Shown here one piece after another: positions 1 to 10,473 of a stretch of 64,000 nt of DNA. The stretch's first letter is position 1. Each line of letters starts with the position of its first letter. The stretch lies in assembly GCA_963662315.1 (NCBI GenBank), contig OY759353.1, positions 2,176,001-2,240,000 of the forward strand, read 5' to 3'. The notes beneath the pieces were generated by a model. That model made no database searches and was not told the DNA's origin. It saw nothing but the letters and a program-made list of their open reading frames with translations. This DNA is from Geopsychrobacteraceae bacterium. GTDB taxonomy: Bacteria > Desulfobacterota > Desulfuromonadia > Desulfuromonadales > Geopsychrobacteraceae. The position numbers were made by a program, and so were the translations under genes.

Positions 1-758
1 ACATGACAGGCAGGAACCGCCACTGGATCATTGCCGGCAATACGCACAATCGCAGGTTGTCCCCCCCGTTTAATCACAACTTCGGGTGTCGGCAAGGCAA
101 AAGCATGTTCGCAAGCCAGCTGTTCGTCTTCAAGTCCCAGCAAGGCCATTTCGTCGTCAAGGGTAATCATGGCTATGTCAGACATTTCGTAGGCATGACG
201 GTACCAGGCCCGCGCTTCGATCGTAACCGGCCACATCTTGGCTCTGTAGTTATTGTCGAAAATTACTTTTCCACCACGGGAACGCAGTCTCAGCGCTGTT
301 CGGAACAATCGCTCACGCGCTGATGAATCTAAAATTGCCAGACTTATACCACTGAAATAGAGCGCATCGATATCATCAAGCTGTGCTTCGAGAGGACTTT
401 CGGATGAATTAAAATAAGCTTTGGCAGCACTCATATCACGCCAATAGTGAAACGTGCGTTCACCCTGATCATCAACCTGAATAGTATACAGCCCTGGCAT
501 ACGCCCCTGCTCACGCCGAACCAGACTGGTATCGATCCCCTCCTGTTCCCAGGCTGTCAGCATGGCGTCACTGAACGGATCGGTGCCAAGATCTGTCGCG
601 TAAGACACCTGCACCCCCTTATTGGTGCTTAAGCGGGACAGATAGACCGCTGTATTTAGCGTGTCGCCACCAAAAGCCTGCTTCATGGTGCCAAACATCT
701 GGCCACGCAGTTCAATCATGCATTCGCCAAGCAAAGCGATGCGACATATTCTCTTCAT
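1..758 (-). CDS. kdgK: 2-dehydro-3-deoxygluconokinase (PfkB sugar kinase), 3' end runs off the window
   Basis: Manual translation of the minus strand from ATG 758 gives MKRICRIALLGECMIELRGQMFGTMKQAFGGDTLNTAVYLSR, with the KdgK motifs GECMIEL and GGDTLNTAVY. Absent from the ORF track because it is truncated. Confidence 0.85.
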   Translation of the reverse strand, partial: MKRICRIALLGECMIELRGQMFGTMKQAFGGDTLNTAVYLSRLSTNKGVQVSYATDLGTDPFSDAMLTAWEQEGIDTSLVRREQGRMPGLYTIQVDDQGERTFHYWRDMSAAKAYFNSSESPLEAQLDDIDALYFSGISLAILDSSARERLFRTALRLRSRGGKVIFDNNYRAKMWPVTIEARAWYRHAYEMSDIAMITLDDEMALLGLEDEQLACEHAFALPTPEVVIKRGGQPAIVRIAGNDPVAVPACH

Positions 759-940
759 AATGACAAACCTGTTGGAAAAAAGTTGCTGAGGTCAGAACCA
801 CCCAGTACCAACCTGATGATTTTCCGTACTCTATCGCGACACCGCTCGAAAAACTTCAGGAGAACCGCTCCAGCGAAAAGTATGAATGGAAACCTAGAAA
901 TACCGTTCTAAAGTAAGCATGAAATGGGTGTCAACAGATT

Positions 941-1034
941 TTATCAAATATTGAGAGTTTCTCCATAAAAGCGATTAAGTTCCCAATCTATGGAGAAAAA
1001 TACCCATTTATGGAGAGACTTCTCCATAAATGAG
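941..1034. promoter_or_regulatory. Cluster of imperfect dyads, likely enhancer-binding-protein sites
   Basis: Repeated tctccata/tatggaga half-sites near 960, 989, 1009 and 1021, plus tatcaaatattgaga at about 942. They lie about 310-400 bp upstream of a sigma54 box. Confidence 0.5.
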
Positions 1035-1340
1035 ATCAAATAAAATCATTTTTGATACCCACCAGAGTTTCTGTTTAGAAAAATATCCCTTCTCTTTGCC
1101 CATAAACTAACCAGCCGATTTTTTTCCGCTTAAATTTGCAGCACCTTTGTCGCTAAAATATCACCGCAGTTGTCCAGACAAAGAGGTTGCTACAGCTGGG
1201 ACTCACGGCAGCAGCATGAGGAGTATAGTCATTGAACGTCTGAAAAATAACTTAACCAGTTGGAAATCCCTCTTCTCTTTCGGGTCCCCATCTTTCAGGA
1301 CCGCTTGCTCTGTGAAATTCGTTTTTAAGAACTTCATTTC

Positions 1341-1356
1341 TGGCAGTTATTTTGCT
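1341..1356 (+). promoter_or_regulatory. sigma54 -24/-12 promoter of the ABC/codA operon
   Basis: TGGCAGT-TATT-TTGCT matches TGGCAC-N5-TTGC spacing and ends 77 bp before ATG 1433. Confidence 0.7.
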
Positions 1357-1432
1357 AAGAAGGCTCTTTGTATATACAGTGTTCGCTCTGATAGAGCAGA
1401 AATTGCCAACTTACAACTTCAGGAGATCAACA

Positions 1433-2431
1433 ATGTTTAAGCATATCCGTGTTCTGGTCATTTTAATAACCGCCCTGCTCTGCTGTGCTTTTTTTGTTTC
1501 ACTGGCAAGTGCCGAAAAAATCAAAGTAGCAGGTATCTACACCCAGCCGATTCAGCAAAAATGGGACGCGGTGCTGCATAAAGCACTGGTCAAAGCCCAG
1601 CAGGACGGAACAATTGACTATGTCTATTCCGAAAAAGTTGCCAACACCGATTACATCCGCGTACTGCGTGAGTACGCCGAAAGTGGCGTTAAGCTGATTG
1701 TTGGTGAAGCGTTCGGTATTTCTCGTGAAGCCAGAAAAGTTGCCAAAGATTATCCCGACGTCGCATTTTTGATGGGGGACTCTTTCGGTCCGGAAAAATC
1801 CAACTTCGCCGTTTTTGATAACTATATCCATGAGCCATGTTTCCTGATGGGTATCCTGGCTGGCAGCATGACAAAATCAGGAAAAATCGGTATGGTCGGC
1901 GGCTATCCCATCGGCGAGGTCAACCGCTTGTTTAACGCCTTTATGGCCGGCGCGAAATCGGTTAACCCTGGGGTTGAATTCAAGGTTTCTTTTATCGGTT
2001 CATGGTACGATCCGCCAAAAGCCAAAGAATTCGCCTTCGCCCAGATCGAAGCCGGGGTTGATGTCCTTTATGCCGAACGTGCCGGGGTGGTTGATGCCGC
2101 CCGGCAAAAAGGGATTATCGCCTTTGGTAATGTTAACGATATGAACAAAGAAGAGAACGGTAGCGATGTTGTTGTCGCCTCAGCACTGTGGAACATGGAA
2201 GCAGCGGTCAATCATGCCATCGAACGGGTGAAAGCCGGCCAGTTTGAAGCTGTCGATTATCGCGAATGGACCATGATGGCTAAAGGTGGCGCCAGTCTTT
2301 CTCCTTATTATGAGTTCGACAATAAAATTCCCGCTGCCGCCAAAGCAAAAGTCAAAACCGTCAAGAATGATATTTTAAATGGCGCCCTGACTATTAAAAT
2401 CAATGATAAAGAGCCAAAATCGACCTTCTAA
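1433..2431 (+). CDS. BMP-family nucleoside ABC transporter substrate-binding protein
   Basis: Signal peptide and Bmp motifs (GMVGG, FIGSWYDPPK). RBS aggag precedes ATG 1433; the ORF-track start at 1352 is probably too long. Confidence 0.88.
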   Translation: MFKHIRVLVILITALLCCAFFVSLASAEKIKVAGIYTQPIQQKWDAVLHKALVKAQQDGTIDYVYSEKVANTDYIRVLREYAESGVKLIVGEAFGISREARKVAKDYPDVAFLMGDSFGPEKSNFAVFDNYIHEPCFLMGILAGSMTKSGKIGMVGGYPIGEVNRLFNAFMAGAKSVNPGVEFKVSFIGSWYDPPKAKEFAFAQIEAGVDVLYAERAGVVDAARQKGIIAFGNVNDMNKEENGSDVVVASALWNMEAAVNHAIERVKAGQFEAVDYREWTMMAKGGASLSPYYEFDNKIPAAAKAKVKTVKNDILNGALTIKINDKEPKSTF

Positions 2432-2650
2432 ATACTGATCATAACGGGGCAGGCCAGACCACCGGACCGCCCCGTCAATGGTGAGCGACCAACCAGTTTG
2501 CAACACGCATAAAATCACAGACTGAACTCTGAAGTCGTCGAAAACGTCATTTTTTTTTAGACGTTAGTAACGGCAACACATTGCTATTCACAGCTAAATA
2601 AGGTTATGACTAGCTCGCGAAGGGGGATCTTAAGTCAACGGAGATTTGCC

Positions 2651-4189
2651 ATGGCAGAACAACCTGCTCTGCAACTAACAAATATCAGCAAATCATTTGG
2701 CCCCCTGCGGGCCAATGATCAGATCAGCCTAACCCTTAACGCTGGTGAAGTCCTGGCTCTGCTTGGCGAAAACGGCGCCGGCAAGACCACCTTGATGAAT
2801 ATCCTCTTTGGTCACTACCAGGCCGACAGTGGTTCGGTCCATGTTTTTGGCCAGGAGCTGCCGCCCGGAAAACCGCGTGCCGCCATCAGTGCAGGCGTAG
2901 GAATGGTGCACCAGCATTTCACGCTGGCCGACAATTTAACGGTGCTGGAAAACATCACCCTTGGTACCGAATCCCTCTGGTCAAAACGCTCAAAGACACT
3001 GCAGGCAGAACAGAAGATCCTCCACCTGGTCACAAGCTATGGCCTGGAAGTCAACCCGAAAGCCCTCGTTCGTGACCTCTCCGTTGGCGAGCGTCAGCGG
3101 GTTGAAATTCTGAAAGCCCTGTACCGTGATGCCCGCATCCTGATTATGGATGAACCGACGGCAGTCCTTACGCCGCCGGAAGTCACCTCCCTGTTCAAAA
3201 CTTTGAATACCCTGGTCAAACAGGGCCTTGCGGTTATTTTTATTTCCCACAAATTGCGTGAAGTCATGGAAATCAGCCAGCGCGTTGCCGTCCTGCGGCA
3301 TGGGAAAATCGTAACAGAGGTGAATACTGCGGACACCACGCGTGAGGAGTTGGCAGAGGCCATGGTCGGACGCTCGGTCCCAAAACCGAAACGCAGTGCC
3401 TTAACCGCCGGCAAACCTCTGTTCTCGTTTATCGGCGTCGATGTGGATGGTCCGGACAACCAGAAATTACTCAACAACATCTCTCTGGAAATCCGCGAAC
3501 ATGAAATTCTCGGAATTGCCGGGGTTTCGGGCAATGGACAAAATCAACTGGCCGAACTACTCTGCGGATTACGCCAGCAGAGCGCGGGAACGATACAGAT
3601 TGATGACAAAGGATCGTTGCAACCCTCTCCAGCGCTGATGATCGAAAAAGGCGTCGGCCGCATTGTTGAAGATCGCCATGGCATTGGCCTGATCGGGGAT
3701 ATGACGGTCACCGAAAACCTGTGTGCTGAAGAATATAAAGAACAGCGCTTTGCCCGCTTGGGCCTGCGCCGTTTTACCGCCATGAAACAACAGGCAGCTA
3801 CCCTGATTAAAAATTACGACGTACGCTGTCAGGGAATCAACGCACCGGTCCGGCAACTGTCCGGCGGCAATATGCAGAAACTGATCCTGGCCCGGGTGTT
3901 GTCACGTCAGCCGCGCATTATTCTGGCCCATCAACCAACCTGGGGGCTCGATGTCGGTGCCACCGCCTATGTTCATGATCAACTGCTGAGCGCCCGCGAG
4001 CGAGGAGCCGCTATTTTGCTGATTTCCGAAGACCTTGACGAACTGCTGCAACTCAGCGACCGCATCCAGGTGCTGTTCCATGGTCAACTCAGCCCAGCCA
4101 TGAAGACAGAAACTGTCACATTGCAGGAACTAGGCCTGCGCATGAGTGGCCATGCTCCCGAACAGAGCAGCCACGCGGCCAGAATATGA
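2651..4189 (+). CDS. Nucleoside/sugar ABC transporter ATP-binding protein (two ABC domains)
   Basis: Walker A GENGAGKT, LSVGERQRVE, DEPT and a second-domain LSGGNMQK. RBS ggag precedes ATG 2651. Confidence 0.92.
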   Translation: MAEQPALQLTNISKSFGPLRANDQISLTLNAGEVLALLGENGAGKTTLMNILFGHYQADSGSVHVFGQELPPGKPRAAISAGVGMVHQHFTLADNLTVLENITLGTESLWSKRSKTLQAEQKILHLVTSYGLEVNPKALVRDLSVGERQRVEILKALYRDARILIMDEPTAVLTPPEVTSLFKTLNTLVKQGLAVIFISHKLREVMEISQRVAVLRHGKIVTEVNTADTTREELAEAMVGRSVPKPKRSALTAGKPLFSFIGVDVDGPDNQKLLNNISLEIREHEILGIAGVSGNGQNQLAELLCGLRQQSAGTIQIDDKGSLQPSPALMIEKGVGRIVEDRHGIGLIGDMTVTENLCAEEYKEQRFARLGLRRFTAMKQQAATLIKNYDVRCQGINAPVRQLSGGNMQKLILARVLSRQPRIILAHQPTWGLDVGATAYVHDQLLSARERGAAILLISEDLDELLQLSDRIQVLFHGQLSPAMKTETVTLQELGLRMSGHAPEQSSHAARI

Positions 4190-4205
4190 ATCGGAATAAG
4201 TCGCT

Positions 4206-5255
4206 ATGTATTTAGAACCCAGAACCAGAATATCACTGTCCCTGACGCTGCTGGCACCCGTTGTCGCTATTTTTGTCTCTTTAGCCATCTGCTCCATCCT
4301 GATCCTCTGGGCGGACAGTTCAGTACTGGAAGCCTATGTTCTCCTTTTCAAAGGGGCGCTTGGTTCACGCTTTGCCATCAGTGAAACCCTGACCCGCTCA
4401 ACGCCGTTGATCCTGACCGGCTTGGCAGCGGCCGTTGCTTTTCGCGCCAAGCTCTGGAATATCGGTGGCGAAGGACAGTTTTACGTTGGCGCTTGTGCCG
4501 CGACCCTGCTCGGCACCGGCATGCTCGACTGCCCCCCCTACCTGCTGATCCCGGTGCTGTTTCTGGCCGGTGCCCTGGCCGGGGGAATCCTGCTGCTGAT
4601 CCCGACCCTGCTGAAAACACACCTGAAGGTCGATGAAGTCGTAACAACCCTGCTGCTCAACTTTATCGTCCTGTTGTTTGTCAATTACCTGCTCTTTGGT
4701 CCCTGGAAAGATCCTATGGCCATGGGTTGGCCTCAGGCCGCCCCGATTATTGATAACGGCCTGTTACCCAAACTGATGGCCCGCACCCGCCTCCATTCCG
4801 GGCTGGTCGTATCTCTGCTCATGGCCATTGTCGCCTGGGCTCTGATGAAATTCAGCAACTGGGGGTACGAAATACGAGCAGTGGGCGCCAATCAGAAGGC
4901 CTCCGAATTTTTTGGTATTCCGGTTAATCGCACCGTCGTTCGCACTGCTCTGATCAGTGGCGGTCTGGCCGGAATGGCCGGCGTTGCCGAGTTATGCGGT
5001 CTGAAAGGTTACCTGACCTTGGATCTGTCCCCCGGCTTTGGCTACACCGGTATCGTCATCGCCATGCTGGCCGGGCTCAACCCCATCGGCGTCGTCTTTT
5101 CGGCCTTCTTCATCGCCATCGTTTACAATGGAGCCGACTCCATGAGTCGCGCCCTGTCGGTCTCCAATTATATTGCCGATGTCATTACCGCCACCGCCCT
5201 GATCACTGTTCTGATCGGCATGCTGCTAACCCGTTATCGTCTCCGTTGGAAATAA
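4206..5255 (+). CDS. Nucleoside ABC transporter permease
   Basis: Hydrophobic protein with WNIGGEGQ and GYEIRAVG motifs (BPD_transp_2). Confidence 0.9.
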   Translation: MYLEPRTRISLSLTLLAPVVAIFVSLAICSILILWADSSVLEAYVLLFKGALGSRFAISETLTRSTPLILTGLAAAVAFRAKLWNIGGEGQFYVGACAATLLGTGMLDCPPYLLIPVLFLAGALAGGILLLIPTLLKTHLKVDEVVTTLLLNFIVLLFVNYLLFGPWKDPMAMGWPQAAPIIDNGLLPKLMARTRLHSGLVVSLLMAIVAWALMKFSNWGYEIRAVGANQKASEFFGIPVNRTVVRTALISGGLAGMAGVAELCGLKGYLTLDLSPGFGYTGIVIAMLAGLNPIGVVFSAFFIAIVYNGADSMSRALSVSNYIADVITATALITVLIGMLLTRYRLRWK

Positions 5256-5259
5256 AGTC

Positions 5260-6204
5260 ATGACTGATTTGCTTGATATGCTACTCGCTGCCGGTTTCTG
5301 GGTCGCCACCCTGCGTATGGCAACACCACTGATCTTCGGAACCATTGGTGAGCTGATTTGTGAACGTTCCGGAGTCCTGAATCTTGGCATCGAAGGAATT
5401 ATGACTTTTGGCTCGATGGCAGGGTGGATGTGGGTCTACCAGGGCGGCAGCCTGTGGGGAGGCGTCCTGTTCGCGGCCCTGGTCGGCGGCTTGTTTGGAC
5501 TGTTGCACAGCCTGCTGACGGTTTACCTGGGACTGTCCCAACATGTCTCCGGATTGGGGATCACCATGCTGGCCTCGGCGCTGTGCTATTTCATCTTCAG
5601 GATGATGTTGCCCGATGTCACCACACCACCCAAAATTGTCCCCTTTGCCAACTGGGCGATACCCGGCCTGTCCAAGCTGCCTGTGATTGGCGAAGCTCTG
5701 TTCATTCAGTCCCCTTTAACCTGGCTGGCGCTGACGGTTGTCATTGTGGTCAGCTATCTCCTCTACCGTACCCCCCTTGGCCTGGCCGTACGCATGGTGG
5801 GTGAGAATCCCATGGCGGTTGAGGCACAGGGGATCAATGTCCATCTGTTGCGGACCGGGGCGATCATCGTCGGCAGCGGACTGATGGCCATAGGCGGTTG
5901 CTATCTGACCCTGTCTGCCTTTGATGCCTTCTATATCGGTATGGTCAACGGTCGCGGCTGGATCTGCATCGCCCTGGTGGTATTTGCTTCATGGCAGCCA
6001 CTCAAAGCACTTCTGGGAGCGATCCTGTTTGCAACATTCGATGCCTTGCAGATGCGTATTCAACAGCAGGCAACAACGGCTATCCCCTACCAGTTTTATC
6101 TCATGGCGCCTTACTTCATGAGTATTCTGGCCTTGATTATCATGTCGCGCCGCGCCGCTTATCCCAAAGCACTGCTGATTCCGTTCCGGCGTGGGGAACG
6201 TTAA
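5260..6204 (+). CDS. Nucleoside ABC transporter permease
   Basis: ERSGVLNLGIEG and GRGWICIALV motifs. Confidence 0.9.
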   Translation: MTDLLDMLLAAGFWVATLRMATPLIFGTIGELICERSGVLNLGIEGIMTFGSMAGWMWVYQGGSLWGGVLFAALVGGLFGLLHSLLTVYLGLSQHVSGLGITMLASALCYFIFRMMLPDVTTPPKIVPFANWAIPGLSKLPVIGEALFIQSPLTWLALTVVIVVSYLLYRTPLGLAVRMVGENPMAVEAQGINVHLLRTGAIIVGSGLMAIGGCYLTLSAFDAFYIGMVNGRGWICIALVVFASWQPLKALLGAILFATFDALQMRIQQQATTAIPYQFYLMAPYFMSILALIIMSRRAAYPKALLIPFRRGER

Positions 6205-6216
6205 AGGAGAACTATC

Positions 6217-7500
6217 ATGTTTGATCTGATTATCCGCCAAGCGAACCTCATCGATCAGGCCACACCATGTGACATTGGCTGTTCCTCCGGGCGTATCACA
6301 GCGATCAGCCCGCATCTGAAAGCTACGGCAGCAAAAGAGCTTGATGCCAGTGGCTGCCTGGTGTCAGCCCCATTCGTTGATATTCATTTCCACATGGACG
6401 CCACCTTGTGCCTGCATGGGCAACCACGCCGCAATGAAAGCGGCACCCTGCTCGAAGGGATTGCCCTGTGGAGCGATCTGAAACCTGACCAGACCGCTGA
6501 AAGGCTTAAGGAACGGGCCCTGAAACTGATTTCTTGGTCCCTGGCACGCGGCACCCAGGCGATTCGCACCCACGTTGATGTCTGTGATCCGTCCTTGATG
6601 GCCGTTGAAGTACTGCTGGAGGTCAAAAAGCAGATGACCCCTTACATCGACATGCAACTGGTCGCCTTCCCCCAGGATGGTTACCTGCGTGACCCCAAAG
6701 CCAGGGAACAGTTGCGGCTGGCGCTCGATATGGGAGTTGATGTCATTGGTGGCATCCCCCACTTTGAACGCACCATGGCTCAAGGAGCCGAGTCGATCCG
6801 CCTGCTGTGCGAACTGGCCGCCGAACGTGGCCTGCGGGTTGATATGCATTGTGATGAATCGGACGACCCCCTGTCCCGCCACATCGAAACCCTGGCCGCA
6901 GAAACAGTGCGTTGTGGCCTGCAGGGACGGGTCACCGGGTCACACCTGACGTCCATGCACTCCATGGACAACTATTATGTCACCAAACTCTTGCCACTGA
7001 TGGCGGAAGCAGAACTCCATGCGGTCTGCAACCCGCTGGTCAACATGATATTGCAGGGTCGTCAGGACACCTATCCTAAACGCCGGGGACTAACCCGGGT
7101 CAAAGAAATGTTGAACTACGGGATAAACGTCTGCCTGGGTCACGATGATGTCGTTGATCCGTGGTACCCCCTAGGCACCCACGACATGCTCGAAGTCGTA
7201 CACATGGGCATTCATGCCCTGCATATGAGTGGTATCAGTGAAATGAAGGAATTATTTAACGCCGTAACCAGTCGACCGGCGACAACGATGGGTCTGACCG
7301 ATTACGGGATCAAAGAAGGGCATTATGCGGACATGGTCATTCTGCAGGGAGCGGAGCAGATTGAAGCGATTCGCCTGAGGGGACCCCGCCTGGCCGTGAT
7401 CCGCCGCGGTGAAGTCATTGCCGAAGCGCAGCCTGCGCTATCAAATGTCACCCTGTTCGGGCAAACCAGCAAAGTTGACTTTTCGCTGAATTCAAATTAA
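6217..7500 (+). CDS. codA: Cytosine deaminase-like amidohydrolase
   Basis: HFHMD metal motif, NESGTLLEGI, VAFPQDG, HCDE, and GHDDVVDPWYPLG. Confidence 0.85.
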   Translation: MFDLIIRQANLIDQATPCDIGCSSGRITAISPHLKATAAKELDASGCLVSAPFVDIHFHMDATLCLHGQPRRNESGTLLEGIALWSDLKPDQTAERLKERALKLISWSLARGTQAIRTHVDVCDPSLMAVEVLLEVKKQMTPYIDMQLVAFPQDGYLRDPKAREQLRLALDMGVDVIGGIPHFERTMAQGAESIRLLCELAAERGLRVDMHCDESDDPLSRHIETLAAETVRCGLQGRVTGSHLTSMHSMDNYYVTKLLPLMAEAELHAVCNPLVNMILQGRQDTYPKRRGLTRVKEMLNYGINVCLGHDDVVDPWYPLGTHDMLEVVHMGIHALHMSGISEMKELFNAVTSRPATTMGLTDYGIKEGHYADMVILQGAEQIEAIRLRGPRLAVIRRGEVIAEAQPALSNVTLFGQTSKVDFSLNSN

Positions 7501-7535
7501 GCGGCAGGACGAAACAGAGCAGCAGATAGAGCTAA

Positions 7536-7566
7536 AGATTGGAAACGAGCAATTTTCCGTTGTGGC
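7536..7566 (+). repeat. 31-bp dispersed repeat, copy 1
   Basis: agattggaaacgagcaattttccgttgtggc is 30/31 identical to 27819-27849. Confidence 0.75.
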
Positions 7567-7617
7567 TGGCCAACCCGCAGATTGACTCTGCCACAGCGGA
7601 AAAGAGCCGTTTCATGA

Positions 7618-8517
7618 TCAGGCAAATGATTTTTGTGCCAACAGCAGTTTAGAAAAAGCCTGGGCGGCCGGAGAAGCACTACGTTCACGCAGACGCACCT
7701 GCCATAATTGACGTTCGATGTTAAGACCCTCAACTTTAAGCTTGCGCAACTCCCCATTCTTCAAATGACTACCGATCGACATATCGGAAACAAAAGCGCA
7801 ACCAAAACCCGCCAGTACCGCCTGCCTGACGGCTTCATTACTCCCCAGCCGCGCCACAATATTCAACGCCAAGGGATCAATCTGCGCCTTGCTTAACGCC
7901 GCCACCAAAGCCTGATAGGTTCCGGACCCGTCTTCACGGACAATCAACGGCTGTTTCAGCAAATCATTACGGCTGATGGAGCCGTTTTTGCCACACAGGC
8001 TGTCGGCACCACAGATCAACACCAGGCGATCTTTAACGATTGGGGTAAATTCCAGGGTTTCATCATCGGTCCGGCCACCAGTGATAGCCAGTTCAACTTT
8101 CCCATCGGTTACCAGTCGCAGCACCTCACGGCTGTCACCGCTTTGCATGTTGATCTTGATGCCCGGATATTGATCATTGAGGAAAGGGAGTAACCGGGGA
8201 ACCAGGTAGTTAGCCGGAATATTACTGGCACCAAGGGACAAACTCGCATTTTCCAGACCATGAAAAGCAGACATGGCCTGCTGCAATAACTGGCATTCAG
8301 CCAGAACCCGGCGGGCATACTGGAGAAAAACTTCGCCACCGGCAGTCAGAAAAATACCACGACTGGTCCGATCGAGTAAGCGGGTCTTCAGCTCTTTCTC
8401 CAAAGCAGCAATATGCTGACTGACGGTTGACTGGGTCAAGGCCATCAGTTCTGCACCTTTTGAAAAACTGGCCGTCTCTGCAACGGCTACAAACAACTCC
8501 AACTGGCGGATTGTCAT
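7618..8517 (-). CDS. LysR-family regulator (CysL-like)
   Basis: N-terminal HTH (SFSKGAELMALTQSTVSQHIAALE) and CysL-like REDGSGT and GSNEAVRQAV motifs. Confidence 0.88.
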   Translation of the reverse strand: MTIRQLELFVAVAETASFSKGAELMALTQSTVSQHIAALEKELKTRLLDRTSRGIFLTAGGEVFLQYARRVLAECQLLQQAMSAFHGLENASLSLGASNIPANYLVPRLLPFLNDQYPGIKINMQSGDSREVLRLVTDGKVELAITGGRTDDETLEFTPIVKDRLVLICGADSLCGKNGSISRNDLLKQPLIVREDGSGTYQALVAALSKAQIDPLALNIVARLGSNEAVRQAVLAGFGCAFVSDMSIGSHLKNGELRKLKVEGLNIERQLWQVRLRERSASPAAQAFSKLLLAQKSFA

Positions 8518-8677
8518 GGCTCACTCCATTGAAATACTGAATAACTATTATTGATTTTATAAAAATTATCCATTTGACATGATTCTGTCAATCGCTTAAT
8601 TGTGTGATCTTGTAGAGCCACACGACGAACTCAATCGGACCAATCTGTTTTTCAATTATCCCCCAAAAGGAAAATTT

Positions 8678-9103
8678 ATGAAGAAAGCCATTTTCGTTGC
8701 CATTGCCATGACTCTTTGCCTGTGCAGCATTCCGTTTACTGCACTGGCTTACCAATATATTTCAGCAGAAGAGGTTAAACAGGAGCTGAACAACCAGACA
8801 GCCATGACCCTGGTCGATATTCAGGTAAAAAACGAGTTTGACCAGCACCATATTAAAGGGGCGGTTGCAACCTATGCTTACCCGGTCAAAAAAGATAATG
8901 AGCGTGCTCAACTTGATCCGACCATCAATACTCTGAAAGCGAACAGCGATAAAGTTGTTGTTATCTGCCCCCGCGGTGCGGGCGGCGCCAAACGTGCTTA
9001 CGACTATATGCTGAGCACCGGGATTCCCAAAGAGCGTCTGTTTATTCTGACCAAAGGGCAGGATGGCTGGCCTTACCCGGAGATGCTGGCACCTGCCCAG
9101 TAG
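8678..9103 (+). CDS. Exported rhodanese-like sulfurtransferase
   Basis: Signal peptide MKKAIFVAIAMTLCLCSIPFTALA, HIKGA motif and active-site loop CPRGAGGA. Confidence 0.8.
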   Translation: MKKAIFVAIAMTLCLCSIPFTALAYQYISAEEVKQELNNQTAMTLVDIQVKNEFDQHHIKGAVATYAYPVKKDNERAQLDPTINTLKANSDKVVVICPRGAGGAKRAYDYMLSTGIPKERLFILTKGQDGWPYPEMLAPAQ

Positions 9104-9158
9104 CTTCAAGCCGGAAACGGCATTTTCGATTCAGAAAACATAGAGATTATTGATTGAA

Positions 9159-9192
9159 GCTTCCGGGTCATTTCAGCCCGGAAGCATTTTTT
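9159..9192 (+). terminator. Intrinsic terminator-like hairpin between rhodanese and Fe-S genes
   Basis: gcttccggg...cccggaagc stem followed by a T run. Confidence 0.55.
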
Positions 9193-9206
9193 AGAGTACT
9201 TCAATA

Positions 9207-10472
9207 ATGAGCTTCGGCACTATCACTGACAATACTTATGTAACCACCGATCTGCCCTCTTTGTTGACACGTATTGCCGATGGGTGTACCAGCTGTGGAG
9301 TCTGTGTCCGGGAATGCAGCTTTCTGCAAAACTACGGAACGCCGAAAGCTGTTGCAGAAAAATGCGCTGCACAGCAGGATTCAACCCTGACCGCGGCGTT
9401 TGCCTGCCACCTGTGCGGACTGTGCACCGCGGTCTGTCCCCAACCGATTGATCCGGCCAAAATGTTTCTGGCTATGCGCCAGGAAGCTTTTCAACGCGGG
9501 ATTGGTGAATTTCCCAAACATTCCCCGCTACGCAGTTACGAGAATATCGGTACATCCCGGCGCTTCACCTGGTATGGATTGCCAGCCAACTGTACAACAG
9601 TCTTCTTTCCAGGCTGCTCATTAAGTGGAACCCGGCCCAAAACCGTCAAACAGACTTTTTCCTGCCTGCAGAAGCAGTTTCCCGAGCTGGGCATTGTCCT
9701 TGACTGTTGCACCAAACCGTCTCACGACCTGGGCAACTGGGAGTACTTTAACGCCAAGTTTTCAGACCTGAAGAACGCTCTGCTTAAAAACAGTGTCACC
9801 ACCGTACTGACCGCCTGCCCAAACTGTTTTGCGGTCTTCAGCCGCTACGCTCCCGAGCTGACAACCAGGTCGGTTTACACGGTTCTGAATCAGCTTGAGT
9901 TCCCACAAGCGGCACAAGGTGCAGAATATGTAACGGTCCATGATCCTTGTGTTGCCCGTAATGACACTGACAGCCAAACGGCAGTACGTGAGCTGTTATG
10001 GAAAAGAGGGCTAACGGTCAGAGAAATGCCTCACAGTAAAAAACGCACCCTGTGCTGTGGCCAGGGGGGCGGTGTATCCATGCTGTTTCCAGCCAGTTCT
10101 CAGGCGTGGACCGACAGACGCTTAGCAGAGACAGAAGATCATCGGATCGTTAACTATTGCGCTAGCTGTACCCAGGTTTTTGCCGGTCATACCAAGAGCA
10201 ACCACATTCTGGATGTGCTTTTTAACCCTGAGCAGACCTTTGCAGACAGCATACAAGCCAGCAAAGCACCGTGGACCTATTTCAACCGCTTGAAACTGAA
10301 AAGGACTATGCAACGGAACCTGCCAGTGGCCGTCGGTTTTAAACGTTGCGAACCGCAAAAAAACCAAACCATACTGACGGCAATTGCAAAAAAATTACTG
10401 ACCTGTTTCACCTCCCCCCTGCGCGCAACTCTGTTCTGGCGTCAGAAAACCAAAACACAGGGAACCCGTTGA
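9207..10472 (+). CDS. Fe-S oxidoreductase with 4Fe-4S dicluster and two CCG domains (HdrD/GlpC-like)
   Basis: CTSCGVCVREC, CHLCGLCTAVCP, FFPGC, CC, ACPNC, HDPC, CCGQGG and YCASC motifs. Confidence 0.85.
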   Translation: MSFGTITDNTYVTTDLPSLLTRIADGCTSCGVCVRECSFLQNYGTPKAVAEKCAAQQDSTLTAAFACHLCGLCTAVCPQPIDPAKMFLAMRQEAFQRGIGEFPKHSPLRSYENIGTSRRFTWYGLPANCTTVFFPGCSLSGTRPKTVKQTFSCLQKQFPELGIVLDCCTKPSHDLGNWEYFNAKFSDLKNALLKNSVTTVLTACPNCFAVFSRYAPELTTRSVYTVLNQLEFPQAAQGAEYVTVHDPCVARNDTDSQTAVRELLWKRGLTVREMPHSKKRTLCCGQGGGVSMLFPASSQAWTDRRLAETEDHRIVNYCASCTQVFAGHTKSNHILDVLFNPEQTFADSIQASKAPWTYFNRLKLKRTMQRNLPVAVGFKRCEPQKNQTILTAIAKKLLTCFTSPLRATLFWRQKTKTQGTR

Positions 10473-10473
10473 A

